From: Octopus sinensis
Lineage: Eukaryota
DNA length: 64,000 bases
Direction: 5' to 3'
NCBI RefSeq assembly: GCF_006345805.1
Contig: NC_042998.1
Span: 141,360,001 to 141,424,000, forward strand
Shown here: positions 47,501 to 60,590 of the stretch, in pieces
Layout: each line of letters starts with the position of its first letter
How positions within the stretch are numbered: position 1 is the first letter of the stretch
Position numbers and translations under genes: made by a program
The notes under the pieces: generated by a model
Told to the model about the DNA's origin: nothing
Database searches by the model: none
Seen by the model: only the letters and a program-made list of their open reading frames with translations

Positions 47501-49554
47501 CTGCTCTCACCAACCAACCAACTTGCATTCTTTTAGCTTTTAAAGAGAAAAGAAATGAGAACCACAAACAGAGCAATGTTTTTTCTTTTCTATATTTTTT
47601 TTTTGCTGTTGTCGTTGTTCAAGCAGGTGGAAATGATTGTTGATTTCCATTGCTTCTCCGATTCTATGCATTAATAATGATTCTTCACAGAAATAAAATT
47701 TACAAAAATCAAAAAAGAAAGAAAGAAAGAAAAAAAATCTGGGTTTCCATTTCTTTTATTTTCATTTAACTTTCAAATATGTTCATAAAATGTAACTCAA
47801 TTTCTATGTAAGTTAAAATTATCACAAATAATAATAATAATAATAGAAATAATGAGTGAATAATAATTATTGCAATGACAGTAATTTAATGCTGCTGCTA
47901 TTATTGATAGTATTATTATTAGTATAAAAAACAACAATAATCATATAAATAAAAGAAAAGAAAGTGAAGTTCTCTGAGAATTTTATTAATGGTAACACTA
48001 TAGCACCATCAACACCATCAAGTAAAGAATTTACATATCTTTTTACAGTTTCTAATATGAATTTTTTTGATTCAAACTTTTAAGAAATTTTTCCTTTTTC
48101 TCTACCTGCAAAAAGAGTGAAACTGCGAAACCTAGTGATTAGGGCATTGCACTCATGATCTGTGGATCGTAATCTCAATTCCCAGATCAGGTAGAGCATT
48201 GTGTTCTTGAGCAAAATGACACTTCATTTCACACTGCTTCAGTTCACTCAGCCAGAAATGAGTTCCAACGATAGCTGGGAAGTTAACCCTGTGACAGAGC
48301 AGTGTCCTGTTCAGTGGAGAGTTATTGATATTTCAGTGAAGGTGCATGGCTTAGTGGTTAGGGTATTCAGCTCACAATTGTAAGGTCATGAGTTCAATTC
48401 CTGGTAATGTGTTGTGTCCTTGAGCAAGACACTTAATTTCACATTGATCCAGTCCACTCAACTGGCAAAAGAGAGTAGTACTTGTATTTCAAAATTAGTA
48501 ATACTTGTATTTCAAAGTGAGTAGTACTTCTATTCCAAACCTGAATGCTAAAGGGTTAACCATTTGGCATTCATATTTCTCTGTCAGCAATAATGCTTAT
48601 TTATTCACACTGTTTTGAATTAATCATGCATTATCTCATAGCTTCAAGATTTCGATGTGATTGCATATTTTTAGAATGTCAATGTGGGCTAGGTGTGAGA
48701 GGCCTGATATAGCCAATTTGAACATAAAACAGGTAGAACATCTAGGCCAGATATGGCCAGTTTAAATGCTGAAAACTAAATTTATAGACATTTCTTTCAA
48801 AATTCCTATTTTGTTTTTCACACATTAATTTGTATAGGTTTGCAACAGCCACTCTCTGAAAGAACATGTTAAAATGTAAAATGTTGGAGATAGAAACCTA
48901 TCTGTTTCTTGCAATAATTACATCTGAAGCAAAATTGATTTCATAGATTCTTAAAATACTAGCGTATCTCCATAAAATCTTATATGGACCTCCAGTTGAG
49001 AACATTGGTATAAAAGATGTATGGTTATAGACACACCTAAATTTCAGCAGTGCATATTCAGGAAAAAAAAACTGTTCTAGTGCATTAAAGCTTATGGGAG
49101 GCCCAACTTTACATATGTATACCCCTGAGAGTATGCATACCCTGGCTTTTTGAGAACCTCTGTACTAAGTTGACTACATAATCCCAGAGTTATTTTGAGC
49201 TAACATGGTTTATGACATTCCTGAAGAAGTTGCTGCTATTGCTGTTGTTGCTCTTGTGCTTTATGTCTAGTCATTACATGTAGAAATTCTACAACAGGAC
49301 ATTGTAACATCTCATTGCTTGAACAGTTTTAAATGCCGCCCCCCACACACAAAAAAAAAAACCCAACAACATTCCACTGAAATCTATCCATTCTACTTTC
49401 ATTTTAAATTAGAATTTCTGTATATGTGTGGGGAATGAGGGTGAGTGGCAATGAGGCTTTGGCTTAGCAAAATAAATTTAAATTTGGGAAATTATAAACC
49501 TTCTTAAAAATAGCAGCTAAATTTACTTCAAATCTTTGTACATGACTGCCTTAA

Positions 49555-49720
49555 CCCTTTCGTTACTGTATTTATTTTAAGATGCTCTGTGTTTCTTTCA
49601 ATTACTTTAAATATAATAAAGAATTTAGTAAAATAACTTAGTTATCATTAAGCTAGTGTTAGGAACATAAACTGTGACTGAGGTTTGGTGGAAGATTTTA
49701 ATTCAAAACTTATGAAAGGG
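49555..49720. mobile_element. piggyBac-type MITE (166 bp)
   Basis: TTAA flanks at 49551-54 and 49721-24, termini CCCTTT/AAAGGG. Confidence 0.7.
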
Positions 49721-51066
49721 TTAAGAAAGAAAGGACACATCAGATCATGTACCTTTTAATACATTAAGCCTGCAGGGATGGGATGGCCAAGGCTGGAACT
49801 TTGTAAATCAGAGATAGATATGGTCTAGGGCTAAACAAAAACAACTGCAGCAACAACGCAATCGAAACTAGGTTTTGCCGTATGAACTTATCTTTATTTT
49901 TATTCCCATCCTTCTTTTGGGGACATGATAAACAAGGGGGTGGCAACTGATTGGTATTGCTTGCCCTAACTGCTCATAAATGTTGCATTGATAGGTGCAT
50001 GCATGCACATGTGTGGATGTTGACATTCCATGGCTTTGCCTGTCACCATCTGAGTGCATCAGTAATATGTTGTTTACGTTCCTTGCTGGCATTACAATTG
50101 GTTGTTCTGTGCTTTCAAAGACCTGACATGAGCAACAGGTAAGTGTTGGTGATGGGAGGAGCATCCAGCCACAAAATCTTGCCTTAAGTCTCCCATCCAG
50201 TCTATGCTAGTCAGGAAAAACACATTTCATGAATTAAATAAAAAATATGTATTAACATGAACAAAATTTACAAGTGTGCTAATTTAATTTGAATCAATGG
50301 TTGGAGAATCGAGAGGAAAATTACACACACACAAGTGCACACAAACACATGTATTTAGGCTTGTATCTTTTACTTGTTTCAGTCAGTAGAATGCAGCCAT
50401 GCTGGGTCACCACCTTGAATTTTTAGTTGAATGAATCGACCCCAGTACTTATTTTTAACAGATATATATGCACACACATATATATATATATACATATGAC
50501 AGGCTTCTTTCAGTTTCCGTCTACAAAATCCACTCACAAGGCTTAGGTCAGCCCGAGGCTATAGTAGGAGACACTTGCCCAAGGTGTCACACAGTGGGAC
50601 TGAACCCAGGACCATGTGGTTAGAAACAAACTTCTTATCACACAGCCATGCCTGCACCTATAAATACAATGGGCCTGGCACAGTTTCTGGCACCCATTTT
50701 CACGTACAAGGCATTTGTTGAATTGGGGTCATAATAGATGTTTGCCCAGGCTAAAATGCAGTAAGACTGCACCTGAAACCACATGGTTGTGAAGCAAACT
50801 CCTTACCTACATACCCATGCCTACACCAGAACACACTGTCCATTTTTATTTCTTCTTTGATCGTTGTAAAGCTGTCTTCTTGTTGCCCCACATCCCTCTC
50901 CAATTTTCTTAAAAAAAAACATTCAAAACTAAAGTTGAACTTCTGCCAAGAATAATAAACCTAAAAGATTACATGCAGGTCTTATGCAGGTGTTTTGCAG
51001 GTTGCCATTAGCTGCTACATACATGCTGTTGTTCAGTCACAAGTCAGCCTTGATCAAGCTGTTCTA

Positions 51067-51421
51067 CAGGGTTTTCCCTAAAGTCTGGACACAGGAAATT
51101 TCATTAACTATATTTTATATATATTTTGTATATATATTTTATATATTATATTTTACCTATATATTTTTTACTCGACAAAAATCACAGATGCAACACTTGA
51201 TGGAATGCATAAAGAGTGAATGAACTCAAATTGACAGCAGGGTGGAGTTATTGCATCAGGTTCATGTCAATCTTGCAAAGCACATCGACTTTTGCATCAT
51301 AAATGGTGAAAATCATATTGAAGATGTTTTTTGTTAATATTCCAATTAAATAAATTGTTGAAAATATTTCTTGAAAAAAAAAAAAAGATTTTGCCTGTGT
51401 CCAGACTTTAGGAACACCCTG
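51067..51421. mobile_element. Tc1/mariner-type MITE
   Basis: ~28-bp TIRs cagggttttccctaaagtctggacacagg / cctgtgtccagactttaggaacaccctg, flanked by TA. Confidence 0.8.
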
Positions 51422-52284
51422 TACAATCAGAGGAGTTCAAGAAGTAGTGATACTCCTACCCTTTTTTTAAAATCTATTTTTCTATCATAGTGTAGCTTGA
51501 CCCTTTCAACAGCAACCTGTTTATGTCCACCTGTAGAGAAATTTTAAAATTTAGATAAAATCTTGGAATGAAATCTCTTTATTACATTATTGGTTTCAAA
51601 TTTTGGCACAAGGCCAGCAATTTCGGGGGAAGGGGTAAGTTGATTATATTAACCCCAGTAATCAACTGATACTAATTTTATTGACCCTGAAAGAATGAAA
51701 GGCAAAGATGGAATTTGAACATAATGCCGCTACGCATTTTGCCCATGCGTACTAACAATTCTGCCAGTTTGCTGTCTTTATTACATTATTACCATCATTT
51801 TAATGTTCACTTTTCCTTGCTTGTATGAGTCAGATAGAATTTGTTGAAACAGATTTTCTATAGAAGACTGAAAATGGGACAGACATACCACCTGTAATGG
51901 AAGTAATGGTCATAAAAACTATCTTGTGATGTCAAGACAAGAAGACACTCACACATATATGAAAGGCTTCTATCAGTTTTTGCCACCCAAATCTATTTGT
52001 AGGCTTAGAGGTCAGCCTGGGGCTAGAGTAAAAGAAATCCATGCAGTAGGATTGAACCCAAAACCACTTGGCTAGGAAGCAAGCTTCTTAGCCACTGTCA
52101 GTAGGTGTCCTTTATTATAGCCAAAGGCTGATTAAGACCTTGTGAGTGAAAGTGTAAACATAGACTGAAGAAGCCCATCATGTGTGTGTGTGTGTGAGTT
52201 CATATTTCCTTTTGTCTTCACATGTGTGTACACTCTGTAAGAAAAAGTTTCACTGCTCATAGGGACTGTAATGTTTGCTTAGAA

Positions 52285-52470
52285 CAGTGCTCTGCAACTG
52301 GCATGCCATGGCACACTGGTGTGTTACAAGACAATGCTAGGTGTGTTGCAGTATAACCCGAATATAATGTTATTCGCTATACTTTTAGTTATATTTTTAG
52401 TTCAGGTTTGCTGCCGTATTTTGAAAAGAATATAAATGTACCACAACTGAAAAATGGTTGCGGAGCACTG
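52285..52470. mobile_element. hAT-type MITE
   Basis: TIRs cagtgctctgcaac / gttgcggagcactg. Eroded 8-bp flanks gcttagaa / acttatag. Confidence 0.6.
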
Positions 52471-52918
52471 ACTTATAGTCTACAGTGGCAGAATGTATAT
52501 GCTTCTTGCAACATATTGCATGCTGTTTTTTTTTTTTATCATAATAGAGCTAATAGAAACAGGTGAGGTTTGGATTCAGGAATGATATCTGGCCATAAAA
52601 AACTCCTACTCCAACTTGTAGCCTCATCTGACCCACGCAGGCATGAAAGAGTTAATATTAACCCTTTTGTTACTATATTTCAGCTGAACTAAAACTGCCT
52701 TTGTTTAAATCAACTTTGGAAATAACAAGGAATTTCATGAAATAATTTTCCTTTTCTTAAACTGATGTTTGCAACAGAAATTTACATAAAATTTTGTTAG
52801 AAAGTCTTTTTAATTTAGATATCTTTAAAACAGAAAGTTTGTATTATACAAGTAAGGGTGGTCTCAGGCGGGTTGGCATCAAGAGATTTAAAAGATGATA
52901 ATTTATATGTGTATATGA

Positions 52919-52970
<52 letters not shown>

Positions 52971-54302
52971 ACACACAAGCATGCACATATATGCTAAGTA
53001 TTAACAAGACTTACAGAATCTAAAAATCAACAAGGCACCAACCATATTTGCATTGCTCTTTATTCATAAGAACTCTAGAAGAATTAATTGACCTTCAGAA
53101 GAAGCACAACAATAAAAGTACATCTCTCTTCATAATACATTGCCACACACAAAAAAACCCTCATTTATTTACAAATTATTTTTAATGGTGGCACTGAAAG
53201 TAGATAAAACTCTAAATAATAGCATGAAAATATTGGGTAAAAAAAAACAAAAAAAAACTATTGGATTGGAAAAGAAACAAAGGCTGTCAATGCAACCGAA
53301 AGCCACAATTTCTGGGAACATGACAAACATACTAACCATTTCACAAAAATAACCCTTTGAATTTTCCCCCGTTCATTTTAGAAGCTTTACTCTTAACAGT
53401 GAGAATTCCAAAATGGTTTGCTACTGACTACCACCACTGAGTTCCAATACAACTAAATATGTGTAAATCATCACTGTTTTAATGTCCGCTTCTCCATGCT
53501 TGATACAAATGCTCTATGGCCGGAGGCCATTCCTGACCCCAACACACACCTGTTTCTAAGCAAAATAATATTTTCCTTATGACCAGACATATTTCCTCTC
53601 AATTATCAAGTAACATCAAGGTAAGAGGCAGTAATACACACACACACACAGATATATGATGCGCATCTTCCAGTTTCCTCCTACCAAATCTACCTACTTT
53701 GGTTAACCTGGGGTTATAGTAGAAGATACTAAGTCTAATGTGTGAAGCAGTGGGATTGAACCAGAAACTATGTGGGCAGAAAGCAAAATTCTTACCAGAA
53801 AACCATGCCTGCACTTAAAAACAATGTTAATTAAAAAAATAATAATTAAAGATACAAAGAAATGAGATAGGGAAGTGGTTGATTATATTAAAATATTCTG
53901 TGGCATTCAAAATTTATAAAACCATTGGCATGGTTTCAAAGTTAGTCTTAGACTTAATGTCAGCTCTTCTGTAGAGACAGGAATCTTGATGTAATTGTGT
54001 ATGTGTGCATCTACACAAATGTTTTGGTAAAAACATGCAGATATGTACAACTGTCCAGATATGGCAGTGTGGCTAAGAAGTTTGCACTGCAATCTTATGG
54101 TTTCAAGCTCAAGTCCATTGCATGGCACCTTGGGTTACAGAAAAGGTTATAACCTTTACTGATTAAAAATAATACTTTTACTTGCTTCAGTCTGGGGCAC
54201 CGATATATATATATATCTATCTATATATATATATATGGAGAGAGAGAGAGAGGCAATTATGTAGATAACAAATTAAATGTAACAGTTTGGGTTTGATATA
54301 TA

Positions 54303-54360
<58 letters not shown>

Positions 54361-54363
<3 letters not shown>

Positions 54364-55574
54364 GGGTTAGACAAAATGGAAACACCTTAAAATTTCAAAC
54401 AAATTAATTTTAATATGGGGTAGGTCCACCTTTGGCAGTAATTACAGCTTGAATTCTACAAGTTTGAATTGTTTCCAAAGAAATTTTTGTCCGTTCTTCA
54501 GCTAAAACAGTCTCCAGTTCTTGTAGTGATGATGGTGGAGAATATCGACTCCTTACTTGTTTTTCTAAAATGCACCGTAAATGTTCTGGGGATCGTGGAG
54601 GCCAGATAAGATGTTCAACTTCACCAGAATGTTCCTCATGCCATTCAATAACAAATTTAGCTCTGTGAATTGGTGCATTATCATCCTGAAAGATTGCATT
54701 TCCCTCTGGAAACAGTTCCGCAACCATAGGATGAATTTGATCAGATAAAATGCTTGAATAGTCTTGACTGTTAATTCTGCCATGAAGGGAAACCATTGGG
54801 CTGGCAGATTTCCAAGATATAACCCACCCCCCGATCATCACAGACCCTCCTCCATGATTTACAGTTGGAAAAAGGCAGTCTGGGTCAAATGCTTCTTTTG
54901 GCTGTCTCCACACGTATACTCAGCCAGTGGTTGGAAATAAGGTAAATGATGACTCGTCTGAGAATATAACATTCTTCCACTGCTCTAGGGACCAATTCTG
55001 TAGGTTTTTACTCCACTGTAAATGTTTTGCAATGTTTGTTTTTTTATTGCAGCCCTCCCGTGAAATCCGGCTTTGTGCAGCTCCTGGCGAACAGATTTTG
55101 TGGAAACTGGGTTCTCAAGGTGGTCATTAAGCTCTGCAGAAATTTTGGGACCTATACTTTTGTGATCCTTTCTAACAATTCACTTACGAGTCTGATGGTC
55201 CCTATCTGAAAGTTTTGGTTTTTGTCCAGAGTTTTGTTTCGATGAGGTTTTCCCCTCTCTTTCCAAGGCTCTCAAGAGAGTACTTCTTGATACACCAAAC
55301 ATTTTGGCTGTTTTCATTATGCTAGCGCCTGCCATATGAGCACCAACAATTTGACCTCTTTGAAAGTCCAATAGATCTGTCATTTTTATGAATTTAAATT
55401 ACCTTTTTCTGATGATATCTAAAAAGAAATAGCAATTTTAGCAAAACATATTAAGCAACACTAAAAATAAATAAAAACAAAGACAAAAATAAACAAGCTT
55501 CTGACAGTTTTATAGATATTTCAAAATTATGATGCTATGATGCTAGGTGTTTCCATTGTTTTGTCCAACCCCTG
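54361..55574 (-). mobile_element. Tc1-like DNA transposon with pseudogenised transposase
   Basis: TIRs CAGGGGTT(A/G)GACAAAA..TGGAAACACC with TA flanks. N-terminal HTH fragment (FQRGQIVG, 55383-55180) and catalytic fragment (HGGGSVM, FQDDNAPIHRA, WPPRSP, 54913-54410). Confidence 0.92.
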
Positions 55575-55949
55575 TATGTATACATGCAAAAAGAAAGAAA
55601 GCAAAGATTGAAGATTTTCAGACGGATATGTAAGCATAAATATATAGATATTTATATATTAATAGATGAAACAGAGTACAAACGGAAGCTTGATTTATTC
55701 AATGTCTATTTGCTTCCACTATTGGTTGCATATTTTGGTGAACTACATCAACAATATTATGATGGACAGTTATTGGACTTGTAACACTTTTCCTCCTCCC
55801 TATTAATTTTCTCTGTTGTTTGTACTATGTGTATGTTTCATCTATTAATATATAAATATCTATATATTTATATTTATATATTTGTCTGAAAATCTTTGGT
55901 TTTGCTTTCTTTCTGTTTTTTATACTTCTTTTATTTTTCAAAATTACGA

Positions 55950-57068
55950 CAAACAAAGTTTTTTTTTAAATCTAAAATATACCCTCCTTCATTTTCTACA
56001 ATGTTCTTCCATCTATCTGGTATTCTTGCAAGGCACCTCTTCCAAAATCCACTTGTCTGTGACGAAAAAATACTCCTCTGGTACTGTTCTGGCCTTGTGT
56101 ACAGAATTCACATGTTTTCCGTTCAAATGATTTTGAACACTGGAATAAATGATAATCAGATGGGGTACAATGTCTGGCGAATATGGTGGGTGGGGAATGG
56201 TTTCCCATTCAAACTGCTCTAGCCTTTGGAATGCTGTATGTGGCCAAGCATTATCCTGATGGAAGAACACCTTTCAACTTGAAACCAAAGATGGTCGTTT
56301 TTCTTCTAAGCACTGACTTATGCTGCTCAAGTTGCTTGTAGTAGATTTCCTTTATCATTTGGTTTGGGTTTAAAAGTTGAAAGTGGATTAAACCTTTCAT
56401 ATTCCACCAAAGAGATAACAACATCTTATGTGTGTGAAGACCTTCTTCAGCCTGGGGTGCCAGTGTTCCTTTTTTCCCTACCCACTGTCTTCAGTCCCAA
56501 ATGGTTCATTTGTGAGACATGATAGCAAAGAAGAGTACGCATTGACCCAGTTGGCTGACTTCTCTGATGTCACGTAGGTATCGGTGAATTGTTGAATGAC
56601 CAAATCCAAGCTTCTCTGCCAATTCCTCAACAGTTATGATGGGATTTTGTTCCACCAGGGTTTGTAGGACATCCTTGTTGAGCTCTATAGATCTTCCAGG
56701 ATGAGGCTCGTCTTCTAGGCTGTAGTTTTTGGCTTGGAATTTCTGGAACCACCATTGACACTAGCTTATGCTTATTGTCCAATCCCCATATACTGCATTA
56801 ATATTCCTAACACTTTCTGTTGTGCTGTTGTCTTTACTGAACTCGTAACGCAAAATATGCTGACTATGCTCCTTTGTAACTTCCATTATAGCTTTGAAAA
56901 ATAAGTGTTAAAATCAAACTGCACTCTTCAAAACTTGCACCAAGAATAAAACCAAAGTAAAATTACTACCTCCTTTTATAGTAAATTGATGCAGGTAGTT
57001 TATCTCGTTTCCTCTGACATTTAGGTCATGCAATTGAAAAATATCACATTATTTATGGGATGACCCAA
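55950..57068 (-). mobile_element. Mariner (DD34D) transposon, decayed, one TIR visible
   Basis: ATG at 56886 (MEVTKEH..ILRYEF..WFQKF..LEDEP), FHQDNA, HPPYSPD..SDYHLF. Terminus TA-TTGGGTCATCCCATAAAT at about 57068. Confidence 0.85.
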
Positions 57069-57959
57069 TATAATTTGTGTATCAAACCCAAGCTGTTATA
57101 TTTTAATTTAATAATTGCCTCCATATCTGCTCATCTAGATTTCTCTTATAGCTGCTCTTTACCCCACAAAATCGGTCCCTTGTTTGAATCATTTGAGCAC
57201 TAATAAGTGTTTTCTATACTGAGAATCTCTGGATCTCATGCATTGATTATATACACACACACATATACTCATGTTATGAGTTGTACTTATCCTGTTTGAA
57301 CTACCAAACCTACATATATATATGTGTGTGTGCATGCACATCTATCTGTCTGTCTGTCTCTCCCCCTGTGTCAGAAATGGTGACATTAGTGCCTTCATAA
57401 ACACATAAACTAACATCATGCTCAGAAGTAATATGTGCTAAGACCAGTGGAATAAAGGAATTTTTAGGCCTTTCAACTGTACACACTGGTGCAGGCCAGG
57501 GTAAGAGTTTTGAAGAAGAATGGCTGTTGCAGATGCATTCAAGGTTTTCCTCTCTAGCTCACCACATCAGATGTTTATCCGAGGGAAAGGCTGCTGACTT
57601 AGACTAATTAAGCTTGGCCATTGATGGTATTGCTGCCAGAACACAAAGGGGCAGAACACATCACAAGGCATCTTGCCCAATTACCCCACCCCGCTGCTGC
57701 TGCTTAACATCCCTCGTTTAGCATCTGCTCTCCATGATGGCATGGGTTGGATGGTTTTGGCCAGCTGAGAGCTGTTCAAATTCCAATTGTCTGTTGTATG
57801 GTTTCTATGACTGGATATCATTCCTAATGCCAACCACTTAACAAAGTGTGCTGGGTGATTTTTATGTGTCACTGGTTTATGCAGCACCAGCATGGGTGCT
57901 TTTTATGTGGCACCGACACCTGAAAGGATAAGCCTGTATGTGTAGAAGACAGTGATTTT

Positions 57960-58680
57960 ACTTAGCATGATGTATGTGTCTTATCAAGTGCAGCAAGTTG
58001 CCACATCTCCTGGTCTCTTGTCATTTTCTCAGTAAGGCCCAACAACTGAAGATCCTTTCTCACCATTTTGTTCCTAAGTGTACCTTGTCCATAGGTACAC
58101 TCCACAATAAGAGCACAGCACTTCTTTATGCAGCTGCCATCCATACACATAACATGACCAAACCAGTGCAGTCTTCTCTCTTGTGCACAACATCTGATAC
58201 TGCTTACACCCAGTTTTCCTCTTAAATCATTCACACTCTGTCATGTGTGCACACTGACATTACCCATCCAGCAGAGCATGCTAGCTTCATTTCTTTCAAG
58301 CCTTTGCAAGTCTTCTGTAGTCAAAGCCCATATTTCACTATAATGTAACATAGCTGTACATACACAAGCATCATACATTCTGCCTTTCACTCTGAAGGAG
58401 AGGCCCTTAGTTACCAAGAAAGGTAAAAGCTCTCTAAACTTTGCCCGGCCTGTTCTTACTGTAGCAACTAAACTTTCAGAACTTCCTCCTCTACTGCTAA
58501 CTTGGTCTCCCAGGTAACAGAAGCTATCTACTACTTCTATTGATCTCCTGAAGTATATGAGGGAATCTGTTGTCCGTGCATTTTTAGTACTTATTGTACC
58601 AGCACATTTACCACATACAAAGGCTATATTTTCCAACTCTGCTAATCCACTGCCTAGGCTTGGTACATTTTTCATTGACC
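57960..58680 (-). mobile_element. RTE-clade LINE 3' fragment
   Basis: VDSFCYLGD, RVKGRMYDACV, RRLHWFGHVM. Confidence 0.8.
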
Positions 58681-59717
58681 TTGTAATGATGAAAGAAAGT
58701 TGACCTCAATAGGGTGTGAACTCAAAGCACAGAGAGTCACAACAAGTGCTAGAAGGCATTCTATCTGATATTCTAAAGGCTAACTACCTCCTTTCAGTTC
58801 ACTTAATTAAATTTTTCTGTCATTATCAAACAGTATTGCAGAGACTGCAAGTTAACCAACTCTGCTGTGCTTGGGCTGTTCCAGAAGCAAGTACTAAGAT
58901 CCCAGGTACACTTACCACTTCTCCATTCATGGAAATGTCATAAAGGAATGGTAAGTATCCATGGAGCCACAATGGATGCAAGATATTGGTTAAGTATAAT
59001 TGTATATAGCTGTAAATACAAAATATGAGGAGATGCAACTCCTTATTGTTTTAAAACAAGTGTTGGATATCTGAAAGTGTGTGTTATCAACTTGCAAAGA
59101 AAGCTCTCTGCAAATCTTTCCATAGGCAAAAATCTATAATGGGCTAACATGAAAACTAGTATAAGTAAACTTTAGTACACAGTGATCACTCCTCTGTCAT
59201 AATGGCTGATAAAAAGATAATATAGACAAATATGAAGTGCATCCTTTCGCATGATTTTATCCCTTGAGATTCTGAAAGCAATTCTCATTCCATTTGACCT
59301 TTTGCAACAAGACATGAAATGAGATGTACAAATGGTTATGCATGTGCAGAGTTTAAAAAAAAATTATGTACAATGGTCCATACAAACATTTTATCACCAT
59401 TATTTTTATCTTTTCCCTGTTCTACTCTGATCACCTCCATCCTCTTTTCTAAAATATGTGTAACTGTATGGTTTCTATACAGTGAGAAACCTGTTCTGCT
59501 CTGGCTAGCCCCTTCCCTCATTTCCATACTTAAAGCTGCCTTTCTTGAAGTTTGTAATGTTACAAGCTGCATGTTGGTATGGGGAAAAAGGCACTCATAT
59601 ATGCTGTGAAGTGGTTGGAGTTATGAAGGGCATCTAGCCTGCCAACCCATGCCAGTATGGAAGAGGAGAACATTAAATGATATTTTCTTTTAAACTTTTG
59701 AATAAGTGACATGTATA

Positions 59718-59750
<33 letters not shown>

Positions 59751-59751
59751 A

Positions 59752-60045
59752 GACCCCCTTCAGTCATGAATGACCATGGGATGACACCTAGAAAGTTCCC
59801 CTCCAAAGCACAAGTCTAGGTAAGGTTGTTTATGGAAGACCAGCAGTCACCCATGCATACCAACCTCCCCTCTCCACACCACCAATGTTATCCAAGAGAA
59901 AGGCAAAGGCTGATACAGTTTGGCACCAGTGATGTCACAACTCATTTCTACAGCTAAGTGAGCTGGAGCAATGTGAAATGAAATGTTTTGCTCAAGCACA
60001 CAACACACAACCTCATGATTGTGAGCCCTAACCACTGAGCCATCC
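59752..60045 (-). mobile_element. SINE, CpG-decayed paralogue of 17250-17540
   Basis: Collinear alignment by eye. Confidence 0.8.
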
Positions 60046-60336
60046 ATACATCCATAAATAATTAACCAATGAACTATATTTAACTCAAGGGACTAAAGTT
60101 CCAGACTAATATATGTATTGAACTTACTAAACAGTTTGCTCAGTGCATTAGCATCAGACTTTAGGCACTTGAGTCACTGAAGCTTCTTGGTTAATAAAAA
60201 TGTAAAAAAAAACTGTCACACACACACAAATATATTTAACTAAAGCAAGCATAGAAAATATTGATGTAGAATGAACAAATAATACGCATACACACCATTT
60301 ATTTACAAACCTGGTTTAAATTTCTTTTCTCACTCC

Positions 60337-60370
<34 letters not shown>

Positions 60371-60590
60371 GAAGGCGGCAAACTGGCAGAACAGTCAGCA
60401 CACCAGGCGTAATGCTTTGCAGTATTTCACCCCTCGCTATGTTTTGAGTTCAAATTCTGCCAAGGTCGATTTTGCCTTTCATTCTTTCAGGGTTGATAAA
60501 TTTTAAGTACCAGTGAAACACTGGGGTTGATGTAATTGACTATTTCCCTCCCTCAAATTTCAGGCCTTGTGCCTATAGTAAAAAGGATTA
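60371..60590 (+). mobile_element. Abundant SINE-like family (ttcaaattc..gaggtcgactttgcctttcatcc..aagtaccag..ctggggt)
   Basis: Copies at about 24330, 30860, 31100, 33290, 33500, 45230 and 51590, usually next to (TAT)n/(AAT)n. Confidence 0.75.
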